Assembly (NCBI GenBank): GCA_021613535.1
Contig: CP075494.1
Span: 5,084,001 to 5,148,000, forward strand
DNA from: Adineta vaga
Taxonomy: Eukaryota > Animalia > Rotifera
DNA length: 64,000 nucleotides
Direction of reading: 5' to 3'
The position numbers were made by a program, and so were the translations under genes. Shown here one piece after another: positions 12,475-25,500 of this stretch. Position 1 is the first letter of the stretch. Each line of letters starts with the position of its first letter. The notes below the pieces were generated by a model. It was not told the DNA's origin, searched no databases, and worked only from the letters and a program-made list of their open reading frames with translations.

Positions 12475-13344
12475 ATGACTGCAAAAGTTACACGACAATT
12501 AATTAGAAATGTGATGATTATCTTTATTGATATATTTAATCTTGCGGAACAATTAGGTATTTATTTCATTTTAAAAGAGAATGATTTTGGTGAGAATGTT
12601 CAACGACGGTTCTTCTTCATATTATTTTCTATTGGTGCTGCTTCCCTACTCAAACAATCATTTAGTCATTTAAGTGTTCAAATCACTTTCAGTTTATGTA
12701 TTGAAGGTGCTGAATTGATATCATATCTATTATTGCTACCACGTACAACTAGTTTACTCGTTATAGCCATTCTATTTTTCATACTTGAAACTATTTTTCA
12801 TGCAGTCAGTATATTATGTGTGCTAACTTACAAGGGTAATTTTCCAAATCAATTTCCTCTTGCTTGGTGTACAACACCGTTACGTTTGCTTTATTATGGA
12901 CTGCTGTTTGAAACGCAAATATTATTCTTATTTGTGGATCCAAACTCACCATTTCGGAATACTTTCTATGAAATTTTGGTAATATTATCAATATTTTTCG
13001 GTTTGATCACTGTCGAAAAAGTTGTTCTCAGTACATTCAATATGGACGACCATACTAATGATGATAAGGTATATCGAATATGGCATCAACTTTTAAAAAT
13101 ATTAAGCATTTTAGAATATCCTATTCTGATGATTACAGGTATCATCTATGCTTCTAAAATGCTTCAAGATAGAGCAGCGTTGAAAATATATGATTTTATT
13201 ATATATATTCTTATTGTAATCTCATATGGATTGGGTCTATTGGCAACCGCACTCGTTCTTGGATGCACTTTGCATTGGTATATGCCAAAATCACGTTGGT
13301 GTCCGAAAAAAATACGTTTTTCTGCCAAATATGAATTGAAATAA
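12475..13344 (+). CDS. Orphan intronless multi-pass membrane protein, 289 aa (about 8-9 hydrophobic segments)
   Basis: Open ORF, TATAAA at 12380, AATAAA at ~13417; a decayed paralog exists at ~22205. Confidence 0.75.
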   Translation: MTAKVTRQLIRNVMIIFIDIFNLAEQLGIYFILKENDFGENVQRRFFFILFSIGAASLLKQSFSHLSVQITFSLCIEGAELISYLLLLPRTTSLLVIAILFFILETIFHAVSILCVLTYKGNFPNQFPLAWCTTPLRLLYYGLLFETQILFLFVDPNSPFRNTFYEILVILSIFFGLITVEKVVLSTFNMDDHTNDDKVYRIWHQLLKILSILEYPILMITGIIYASKMLQDRAALKIYDFIIYILIVISYGLGLLATALVLGCTLHWYMPKSRWCPKKIRFSAKYELK

Positions 13345-13546
13345 CTATTAAATCACTTTTCCCCTATGTCTATATTGTAACTAGACTATCACTTGAAATA
13401 CATATCCATTATTAGTAATAAAGTTTATTAAATTCAAACTCACTCACACCCATATTAGTATATATATATATTAGTTCAGAACTAAATTATGAAAATTTCT
13501 AATAGAAGAATACTAGTCTTCATCAACAAAATCAAAGTCTATAGAT

Positions 13547-16500
13547 TTATACAGAAGTTGTTTCACTTTCCAATGGTTCTGCTTGTGTTTTCAGCAATTT
13601 TGAAGCATGATGAGCCTAAGAAATGAACAGATCAGATGTACAATTAAAAATATATTCAAACAGTTTCACAATCGTTTTACCTGTAGTACTGAAAAACGTT
13701 TCAGGTCGTCAGCATCAGTCGAAACTCGACACGAATTGTCATTCTGACCGGCAAGTCTTTGAGCAAAACGACGACGGGTATATTGTGGTGTCGCTAAATC
13801 ACCTATATTTGGTGCGAAATACTTTGCAGCTACATCAACAATTGAATCTTCTATTGTATCCTCCATTTCGTCACTACTTGTAGGTGAACTTCTTCCGACT
13901 GCAGAACTCGATTTCTTCTCTGCGGCAATCTTATTTCCACGACGTGTACGTTGTTCTTGTGTTGATAGCTGAGTCTGTAAACTTTTTTCGATAGCTAGTT
14001 TCTTTCTTGGTTCAAAATAGGCAGCCAGAGCAAACTAAATCACAAAACAAAATATTCATCAAAAACTGTACTTTCATTTTTCAAATCGACTACTTTTATC
14101 AAATCAAATGGAAAAAACCAAATCAAGTTCCATATCCAAACTATTCCAGCCCATGTCCAACCACAACCTCCAACATTTGCAAACCCCCAATTGGCATAAA
14201 CAGCAATCAGTGTTGCAATAATCTGAGCGATTGTAAAAGAGAAAATTAACATAAATGATGGACGATCGAGGAAAAAGAATGTTTGAGAACGTGTTATAAA
14301 TATCAATGCATGGCTCATGATTGAAGATTGTAAATATATGATTGAGTTCAATATTGGATCATTCCATCCAGGATTAGGATCATCTGATGGACGATGTTGT
14401 ATTTTGTTGACACCGAATCTATCTTGAAAGAATGATGTTTTGATAATAATAATAAAGAATACAACTGTTGACAAAGATGAATATATTCCATAAACAGTTG
14501 CATGTGCAAACACATCTGACAATAGCCATTTGGTTGGATATGGAGATGGTTGCACACGATCTTTGGAAATTGTCATCATGGTAGCATTGTTGAGAAGAGT
14601 GAGAATAAGTAACTAGATAACAATAGTTTTCAAAACAATAAAACAAAAGGTTTTGATCGTTTTTTCTTACCATGAACGATGGAAAATCGAATTGAAAGGC
14701 AAAAAGAAGAATTGAATAACCAACTAATAGACGAACTGTCATCGCAGATGTATAAACAGAATAGTTTCTCATACATTGAAATATCTTTCTTGCACTAAGA
14801 ATGGCTTTTTAAAAGAAAAGAGAGAATAACATGTCTATTGTTTGAAACCAAAAAAAAAAGTGTTTGTTTACCTTCGATCACAACTGATAGACCAGGTTCA
14901 GTTAACACAATATCAGCTGCTGAACGTGCTGCATCTGATGCATCAGCAACAGCAATACCAACATTGGCTTTTTTAAGTGCTGGTGCATCATTCACACCAT
15001 CACCAGTCATGGCAATCACATGACCCATGTTTTGTAATCTCTCAACAATTTCATATTTATGTTCAGGATAGACACCAGAAAAACCATCAGCATGTAATAT
15101 CAAATCATCAATATCTTGATAACCTGAGTTTGAAGGTGGACCCTCTTTGAGAACTTTAGATGGAAACATATTATCACCTATGCCAAGACGACGTCCTGTT
15201 TCTTTTGCAATAGCTAACTGATCACCAGTGACCATTTTCACTTTGACACCTAATTCAAGAGCACGATCAATCGTTTCTTTGGTATCTGCACGCGGTGGAT
15301 CATAGATTGGTAGAAGACCAATCAATTTAAAACCATTTCCTTCTCCATCGACAATACCACTTGGAACATCTTCTATAGCAACAGCTAATGATCGTAAACC
15401 TCGTTCAGCAAATTCATCGACATCCTTCTCGAGTTGTTCGATCACTGCTGTTGTTTTATCTCTTGTACACAATTCCAATATTGATCGTGACATTCCTTTT
15501 GAGATACGATGCACTTTACCATCATTCAATGTTCTATAAGTTATTGCTGTTCGTTTCTCTGTTGGATTAAATCTTGAAAGAAGAAGAGGTAGAATTTGAT
15601 TTTTACATCTAATACAAATCCATTTAAACAACTTACGGTTTGAAATGTAATTCTTCAATACCTTCACGTATTTTTTTGATATCACCAAATGCTTCCGTTA
15701 CACATGTATCACTAAAACAAATCATCGAAAAGTTATTATATTTATTCTTATTCTGAAGATTACATGGCATCTTGATGTTGAGTGCGTGATGCAATAGCGG
15801 CATAATGAATAATATCATCCGGTTCAACATCGGCATATTGTTTTAAATTTTTCTTATCAATGACAAGTTTATTTAATGTTAATGTTCCTGTTTTATCTGA
15901 ACATAGAATCGTAACAGCTGCAAGTTCTTCGATAGCTGATACATGTGTGACTATTGCTTTTTGTTTCGATAATTGTCTTGCACCAAGAGCTAACGTTACC
16001 GTCATTACTGTTGCCATCGCTGTAGGAATACCACCAACTAGAGTTACAATTAAATTGTTCATACCACGTCGATATTCATAGCGGAAACCGACACTAAATT
16101 GATAAATAAAGAAATATTTTTCATATAGAAACTAAGATGACTCTCTCTTCATTAGACTACATACTACATAACTAATATTTGAGCAAGGAGAAAGACCACA
16201 ATCCAACAAATGCAAAACAGTCCAATACGACCCATCACTCTTTGGAGATTAGCTATATCGTTATTGTTACTAACTAAGCCAATCGTTCTTCCCATAAAAG
16301 AATATTTTCCAGTACCAATTACTATACGATAATGGAGAAACAATATCTCTCTTTGAACAATAAATAGAAACTTACTAATAGCTTCAGCTTCTCCTTGTTT
16401 ACAGATTGCGCCAGATAAGATTTCATCACCCACTTCTTTTTTCACAGGAAGTGATTCACCAGTTAGTGCTGCTTGATCCATCGTTAGTCGACCATATACA

Positions 16501-17243
16501 GCTAAACAATTGATAGTATTTTATATGCCTTATATTCTATGGAAAAGAGTCTTTCGTCTTACTTATGACTCGTCCATCAGCAGGTACAACATCACCTAAT
16601 TTCAAACTTATGATATCTCCTGGAACAAGATCAGATGCGTCAATCACTCTCCATTCGCCGTTACGTTTTGTTTTTGCTTCTGGTGCTAATGATGCTTGCA
16701 ATGCTTTAACAGAATTGCTAGCATTTCGTTCTTCGATAAAACTGACTGTTGCATTAACAAGCAAAAGTAGAACAATTCCAAGAAAGTCTTGCCAATTTGG
16801 AGGTTTGCCACCACCATTTGATAAAGCAATAGACACAATTGCTGCTATTTCCATCACCCAAGCTGATGGATTCCACATGAAGGAAAGAAACTTTAATACT
16901 GGATTTGTTTTCTTTTCTTCGATTTGATTTGGACCAAACTATAGTTACAGATTAGAAAACTAAAAGAAAGGCAAAGTAAGTTTACCTTTTCTCGTCGTTC
17001 ACTAACTTGATCATCAGTTAAACCATCATGTGACGCTCTTTGAATAAAAAGAATCATGTTTCAACACAATTTTGAAGAGAAAAAGAGTTTGGCAACATAC
17101 TCGAGTAGTTTAAACAGATCTTTCTCTCCCATTTTAGAAAACTCATATTTTTCGCCTTCATATAAATCTTCGACTGTGATAGTTCGTAAAGGATTTTCTG
17201 GAATATCTATTATTATATTTTTATCAGTAGATTTTTCTCCCAT
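13547..17243 (-). CDS. PMA1: P3A-type (fungal/plant plasma-membrane H+-ATPase-like) P-type ATPase, copy A; 12 exons: 17243-17101, 17037-16986, 16938-16563, 16501-16376, 16321-16165, 16093-15764, 15711-15637, 15572-14872, 14804-14671, 14612-14094, 14034-13681, 13615-13547
   Basis: Motifs [55 protein letters not shown] and TISKDRV. All introns are GT-AG. Alternative in-frame ATG at 17276. Confidence 0.92.
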
Positions 17244-18974
17244 TGTTTCACTTTTTTTCTTCGTTTTCTTCAACATATTTTAATCTAAAATAAAAAATAA
17301 TATAAATTTTCATCATTTAATCAAGTCAGATCTTTTCGATATAATCGAAAAAAGAGATCAAAAGTTCGAAAGAATATATTTGCACGAATAAATCATATTC
17401 TATTCAATATCTATGCTCTATCCGGAGAGATATCCCGTATACTCTTTTATTTGTCGTACTGACATATAAGTTCTTCTAGTGCAACTAATAAATTATGAAA
17501 GCCTTAAACAGTAAAACAACGTAGTTTATTTACAGATGATGTTCATTGACTTTTAAATCAAATATAGGTAAGTTCTATGAAAAACTTATTAGGAATGAAA
17601 GTAGGTAATAAAAACATGTTTTTCTCAAATCTATTTCATGCTCAACAGATTTATTGAGAACTTGCAAAATATATCATCCTTAAATTCAAGATAACAGAAA
17701 TAAAATAAGAAAAAGAGGTTAATCTTTATAAAAACAATCAAACGTTTCTAGCGAAGTATTTAAAGTGAATCAATAGAAAGAAAAGAATTTCAAGAAGAAT
17801 CTGAATTTTACAAAGTGGATATCTTATCTTACTTTTTGAGAGAATATATATGTATGTATCTGTGAAGATGATGTTTAAAACTATTCTATATCGACTAGTG
17901 ACCATGTTAAAAATCATGAATAGTTAGTTTGAAACATATTCTATTTCTCGAAGAATAGATTCTGATCATGATTCGTCTTTTAAGGACATATATGATCGAT
18001 TATATAATAAATGTTAAGAAAATTCTTTTGTTTTTCCTGCACTTAGTTACCATACATATATATATACTACTTGTACATACTATTTCTATATCTTTCTGAG
18101 GATCGCTATATAAATTCGTGCGAAATATCTAAATGATAATCATTGTTTTTCGTTCGGGTGTTTCACCGAAATACCGATATTGAACGAGGATTTAGGTCGT
18201 TAAGTAACATCACTATCATTTCATATAGCATAACAAAACAATGTTCGTTGAAATTTTGCTTGCAAAGAATACTACCAGCGATGATGTAATTGAACATTTG
18301 TAAAACCTAGAGAGCTTCTTCTTTACTGTCGCTATAATTGACAAAATTCTACCTACAAAAATGTTCTAGCGAATTTAATACTTACGAAAAAATGTACTGT
18401 ACCAAGATGTATATGACTATATTCTATTCTATCTCTTTCACGTTCTTCCTATCGGACACACATCATTGACTAGTTACGCTTTTGAATGCGGTCATATCTT
18501 TATCCTCTTTCCTATAAACTAAGTATTTTTCGTTCATATTCTTATTGTATGACATTATTTTTATTATATTTCTCTTTCTTTTTTCGTCCTTTCTCACCTC
18601 TTCCAATTGACCTGCTCATTCAAAGAGAAAAAAAATGAACTTTAAAGTGAAAGGTCGATTTTGGAAAGAATGAACAATGAATCCTTATGAATAAAGTTCG
18701 ATATTAAAGGCACTTTCTTATGTAGTATTATCTCCTTGTATAAACACTTTTGTGTGGGGAACAAGACGTTTAGTCAATAATTACAATCTTCAATGTTCGC
18801 AATAACATTCGATCACTTATTCGCTAAATTGGATTAATATTTTATTTATATACACATATATGTTAATCTTGCTACACTTACCTTTGAAGTTGAGGAGAAA
18901 AGTCTCAGTTCTTCAATTGTCAGCAAGAGAAAAAAAATATTACTTTTTATATCTGTATGGTGATTAGAACTAAA

Positions 18975-19376
18975 TGTAATGTTCTATCGCCTTGTCATAC
19001 TTCTACTTTATTTCCAAATCAACTGACTTATATATTTTAATGAATAGGAGACAGAGAGAGAGAGCAATATCGAGAGAAACAAGCAAAAGAATAAAAAGAA
19101 ATTATGTGGAATTGGTGACCTGTACAAAGAGAGAGATGAGATGCGATTGGTTACACCACACATATCCTAAACAGTCATATATCTGAACGCATAAAAAGAT
19201 GGAATATGGTTTTATTAGTGACACGAAAGAAAGAAAGAAATTATACAGAAGATAAAGAAACGTGAAGTCAACAAAATAGCTACTAGTTATTTACAGTAGT
19301 GGACAAAATTGTAACTATGTACTAAGGCACTTTCATCTTCTGTGTCTTATGTGCATTCGAATATCACCTCATAACC
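18975..19376. mobile_element. Possible solo-LTR remnant
   Basis: TGTAATG..CATAAC ends, GA-rich interior and an AACTGACTT motif like the 8025 LTR; no TSD. Confidence 0.3.
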
Positions 19377-20264
19377 TCTTTAAACTGATTTATTATGATA
19401 AAAAATAAAGGACAGACACATGTTTCTATAGTCTATTTCACGTAGCCGACAAAGGTCAAGAAAACGAAAGTGATAGATCATATGCGTTCATGTTTTCTTT
19501 TCTCTTAATCATTATTTTTATTCGTTTGCGAACAGTGAAGATAGTTCTTGGTACACCCCTTATTATGAATCGAAAACAGGTCATAATCTTCTCAAAACTT
19601 CAAATCCTTACACTTTTACAGGCTGATTCCACTTAGGAAAATATTTGAAATCAACTCGGTGTTTGCAGTGAGTATATTAGTGATATTGCAGCAAAAGGAA
19701 AATTAAATTTATCATTAAAAATTCGTGTTGACCAGGTCACAAACAAAATATATTTCTGTTCTTTATTTACCTTTTAACATAATGAATAGCTCCGAAGAGA
19801 TTATGAGATGATATTCGGTTGGAGAATATATGAATGTAATTATAGACTAAGTATTAAAATTCTGACAATATTTCAATGACTACTTATTTCAATCTTTTTG
19901 CCTAGATAGTTGTATGTCTCCGTATACGGATCGGAAAAGCGTTTATAAGCATAGGCATTCCACGCGAGTAGATAAAATAGGTTTTTCTAGTAGATCATAT
20001 GAAAGTATGAATTTGAGTTGTTTGATAATATTCAACTGAATTCTTTCTTGTGTCCAAATATTTATAATCACCGTAATAGAGTATCGAGAAATGAAAACTA
20101 AGCATCTAAAATGATAATTGATTCTAATATGATTTTAGTTTAAGTTATCGATCAAATATACGATGTCAAACATATTACAGTATTATTATTCATTTTATTA
20201 ATTCTTTTCTTTTTTCATTTTGTATCTTCTCACACAATATCAAAATAAAAAAGAGCGTTATATA

Positions 20265-20994
20265 TCAACTGAGTTGAAGCCGTTGTACTCTGTTCTTATT
20301 CATATCCGAGACATACGCAAACGTTTCATTTGCGTCCAATTTCAAGTCGAATGGAGTGTCAAGAAGAAGTGCTGTATTTTCAGCTGCCCATTCATACTAC
20401 CAGCGATGAAAATGCCTTCAATAGCATTCACCCTTCAACGAACAATTTGATGATTGTCACCATCTGCGAAGCCCAAAATCGAAGTAGATACGGCAGTTCA
20501 ACCAAATAAAGAATTCGGAGCAAAAGCTTGTACTCGAGTAGTATACGTGTCCGCTACATATAAAGTATCATTATCAGTTACAAACAATCTGTGTGGAGAC
20601 TTGAAGCCCATCGTTCCAGCTCTAGAGCTTCCATCACTATTGTCAGCAACAGTTGATCCAACTAAAAGTGCAAAAACTAAGAAAAGAAAAAAATCCATTG
20701 AAAATCTTCATTAATATATGTCAGTCTGTAGAACTTACTAGTGCTGGTCATTACTGATATTGCAGTGGTTACACTTGAGATTAGTCCAGTTGATGAATTG
20801 TGAAAGAAAAATGAACCAGTAAGTGTTAATTCAAGATGACCATCACTCGAAGGATAATTGCTTATTAACTGACATGTACCATTATTCATCATACAGTTCC
20901 ATTCAACAGTATCAGCTTCAAGAGCAGTGCATGTGCATTGAGCACATACCATCTTGGTGTATAATATGTAATACACGGAGACGATAGAAGCCAT
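20265..20994 (-). pseudogene. Apple/PAN-like + NHL gene copy 3, pseudogene
   Basis: Exon 1 (20994-20739) has a 102-nt in-frame deletion. Exon 2 from 20676 has TGA at 20500, a large internal deletion of the central NHL repeats and further stops/frameshifts. Confidence 0.85.
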
Positions 20995-22204
20995 TGCTTG
21001 AACTTTGTAAAAGAATTAGTATCTAGAATGAGATGAACATTCATATAATTGAATAGAAGCTCGCTATGTTAATTAAAAATATGATTACATTGATGTACGA
21101 ATGATAAATGAAAAACTTGCGTTGTTACATATGATGCTTTGAATTCAGATAGTAATGGTGATTGAAATCCAGCTTACTATATAGACGACTTTTTCAGAGA
21201 TGACTCAAATCGGACTTGACTTGATCTTTGTATGTTTCGATGTAATCATCGAATAAAAGCAAAACTGAATACTAAGTGTCCGTTCAAAACTTTTCCTCTC
21301 CATTTGTCTTTCAAGATTCTTTTTTTCCTGAAATGAAAACATTTAAAAGGCACTCATTTTATCGAGAGAAACGATTGAAACTTTTAAAAAGCTATCAAAG
21401 AATATTTTGAGGAAACCAACAATAGAAAAATTCCATTTTGACAAGCATCTTTAGGATTCTCATGACAGTAGTTTTGTGTCACTGTAAATGTAAAGCAAGG
21501 ACATTTTTATTACGAATATTTCTGTGTTATTTCACATATTTCGAAATCAATCAGCTTAAATGAAGATCTTCTTGTTAAAGCGAATATCAATGTGTTTTTA
21601 AATGAGAAATGGTCAGAGTATGAAAATGCATCATTTGAGACCGAAATTTCTTTCTATAGATTTATATCAATTTCACAATTTTGAAAAGGAAAAGAACTTT
21701 ATTTACGAGTTCAAATACTTCTTTTCTGTATGTTGACATGAGCAAAATATTCATCAGCAGAAGATATTATGCAATTTAAAAAATGCAACATAAACGTGAA
21801 CAGAGGCAGAAAAAGCTGACACTGACATCTACGTTTTTGAAGTTGAAGTTGCAATCATCTCTATCACAGTTTGTTTTTAACATGCACGTAAATATTTATG
21901 CAACAAAAAAGATGAATTAATAATCACTCTTTTGTATGCAACTAACGAGAAAGAAAAGATGATATATTTTGCTTAACGGTCTTATTCAAAAGATGTTTTT
22001 TTTCTAACTAAAAGGGATTATTCGAGATTGATTCGTTCGATAAACACATAGACGAACACAATATCCAGTTGCACATGAGTTTACATTCAAACACTCGTCC
22101 TGTTTTTAGTGAATTTCGAGAAGGAACAGCTTCACTGTATAATTAATACGGTCATTATTATTGTGATTCCATCTGTGAGTCATCAATTTTCTAAATTTTT
22201 ATAT

Positions 22205-22450
22205 CTGCAAGAGCTACACGCTAAATAATTAGAAGTGTAATGATTGTTTTTATTGACATCTTTAATCTTGCTGAACAATTACGTATTTATTTTATTGTAA
22301 AAGAGAAATAAATTCAAATAACGATTGAATCTGAAGATCGATAATTCGAATGAGTAATCTTTATACTGTGAATATAAGAGTTACATAAACACTTTTTCCC
22401 TATGTCTATGTCTTACTTGTACTTATCATTCGAAATACATATCCATTATA
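22205..22450 (+). pseudogene. Deleted remnant of the 12475-13344 membrane-protein gene
   Basis: Matches the 5' end (TTTATTGACATCTTTAATCTTGCTGAACAATTA) and the 3' UTR (CACTTTTTCCCTATGTCTAT); ATG lost and middle deleted. Confidence 0.75.
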
Positions 22451-22581
22451 TGAGAAAGAAAAACGAGAGAGAACAATAAGAAGTATTTAGCAAAACTGTG
22501 ATATATTTTTTCAAAACTAAAATATTACAATATCTAATAGAATCCTATCAGTCTTTATCAACAAAATCAAAGTTTATGGAT

Positions 22582-25500
22582 TTATACAGAAGTTGTTTCA
22601 CTTTCCAATCGTTCCGCTTGTGCTTTTAGCAATTTCGAAGCATGATGAGCCTAAGAAATGAATAGATCAGATGTATGATTGGGAGATTATGAAAACAGTT
22701 TCACATTAATTTTACCTGTACTAATGAAAAACGTTTCAAATCATCAGCATCAGTCGAAACTCGACACAAATTATCATTCTGACCAGCAAACATTCGAGCA
22801 AGATGATGACGCTGAGAGTGTGGTGTCGACAAGTGACGTGTATGTGGTGCGAAATATTTTGCAGCTGCATCAACAATTGAATCTTCTATTGTATCCACCA
22901 TTTCATCGCTACCTGCCGATGAGCGTCGGCCAACTGATAAACTTGATTCTTTTTCTGCAGCCATCATATTTCTACGACGTGTACGTTGTTCTTGTGTTGA
23001 TGGCTGTGGCTGTAAGGTTTCTTCAATAGCCATTTTTCTCCTTGGTTCAAAATAGGCAGCCAGAGCAAACTAAATTACAAAACAAAATATTCATCAAAAC
23101 TGCACTTTCATTTTTCAAATCGACTACTTTTATCAAATCAAATGGAAAAAACCAAATCAAGTTCCATATCCAAACTATTCCAGCCCATGTCCAACCACAA
23201 CCTCCAACATTTGCAAACCCCCAATTGGCATAAACAGCAATCAGTGTTGCAATAATCTGCGCAATTGTGAAAGAGAAAATTAACATAAATGATGGACGAT
23301 CGAGGAAAAAGAATGTTTGAGAACGTGTTATAAATATCAATGCATGGCTCATGATTGAAGATTGTAAATATATGATTGAGTTCAATATTGGATCATTCCA
23401 TCCAGGATTAGGATCATCTGATGGACGATGTTGTATTTTGTTGACACCGAATCTATCTTGAAAGAATGATGTTTTGATAATAATAATAAAGAATACAACT
23501 GTTGACAAAGATGAATATATTCCATAAACAGTTGCATGTGCAAACACATCTGACAATAGCCATTTGGTTGGATATGGAGATGGTTGCACACGATCTTTGG
23601 AAATTGTCATCATGGTAGCATTGTTGAGAAGAGTGAGAATAAGTAACTAGATAACAATAGTTTTCAAAACAATAAAACAAAAGGTTTTGATCGTTTTTTC
23701 TTACCATGAACGATGGAAAATCGAATTGAAAGGCAAAAAGAAGAATTGAATAACCAACTAATAGACGAACTGTCATCGCAGATGTATAAACAGAATAGTT
23801 TCTCATACATTGGAATATCTTTCTTGCACTAAGAATGGCTTTTTAAAAGAAAAGAGAGAATAACATGTCTATTGTTTGAAACCAAAGAAAAAGTGTTTGT
23901 TTACCTTCGATCACAACTGATAAACCAGGTTCAGTTAACACAATATCAGCTGCTGAACGTGCTGCATCTGATGCATCAGCAACAGCAATACCAACATTGG
24001 CTTTTTTAAGTGCTGGTGCATCATTCACACCATCACCAGTCATGGCAATCACATGACCCATGTTTTGTAATCTCTCAACAATTTCATATTTATGTTCAGG
24101 ATAGACACCAGAAAAACCATCAGCATGTAATATCAAATCATCAATATCTTGATAACCTGAGTTTGAAGGTGGACCCTCTTTGAGAACTTTAGATGGAAAC
24201 ATATTATCACCTATGCCAAGACGACGTCCTGTTTCTTTTGCAATAGCTAACTGATCACCAGTGACCATTTTCACTTTGACACCTAATTCAAGAGCACGAT
24301 CAATCGTTTCTTTGGTATCTGCACGTGGTGGATCATAGATTGGTAACAGACCAATTAGTTTAAAACCATTTCCTTCTCCATCGACAATACCACTTGGAAC
24401 ATCTTCTATAGCAACAGCTAATGATCGTAAACCTCGTTCAGCAAATTCATCAACATCCTTCTCGAGTTGTTCGATCACTTGTGTTGTTTTATCTCTTGTA
24501 CACAATTCCAATATTGATCGTGACATTCCTTTTGAGATACGATGTACTTTACCATCATTCAATGTTCTATAAGTTATTGCTGTTCGTTTCTCTGTTGGAT
24601 TAAATCTTGAAAGAAGAAGAGGTAGAATTTGATTTTTACATCTAATACAAATCCATTTAAACAACTTACGGTTTGAAATGTAATTCTTCAATACCTTCAC
24701 GTATTTTTTTGATATCACCAAATGCTTCCGTTATACATGTATCACTAAAACAAATCATCGAAAAGTTATTATATTTATTCTTATTCTGAAGATTACATGG
24801 CATCTTGATGTTGAGTGCGTGATGCAATAGCGGCATAATGAATAATATCATCCGGTTCAACATCGGCATATTGTTTTAAATTTTTCTTATCAATGACAAG
24901 TTTATTCAATGTTAATGTTCCTGTTTTATCTGAACATAGAATCGTAACAGCTGCAAGTTCTTCGATAGCTGATACATGTGCAACTATAGCTTTTTGTTTT
25001 GATAATTGTCGTGCACCAAGAGCTAGCATTACTGTCAGTACTGTTGGCATTGCTGTCGGAACACCACCAACTAGAGTTACAATTAAATTGTTCATACCAC
25101 GTCGATATTCATAGCGAAAACCAGCACTAAATAAACAAAGATATGTTTGAATTTGTAATGGAGTTTAAGATGACTCTCTCTTCATTAGACTACATACTAC
25201 ATAACCAATATCTGAGCAAGGAGAAAGACCACAATCCAACAAATGCAAAATAGTCCAATACGACCCATCACTCTTTGGAGATGAGCGGTACCATCATGGT
25301 TACCAAGTAAACCAATTGTTCTTCCCATAAATGAATATTTTCCAGTACCAATTACTATGCGTTTAAAAAAAAGAATTCTCTCTTGAGAAGCTTGATATAT
25401 TGAAACTTACCAATAACTTCAGCTTCTCCTTGTTTACAGATTGCGCCAGATAAGATTTCATCACCCACTTCTTTTTTCACAGGAAGTGATTCACCAGTTA

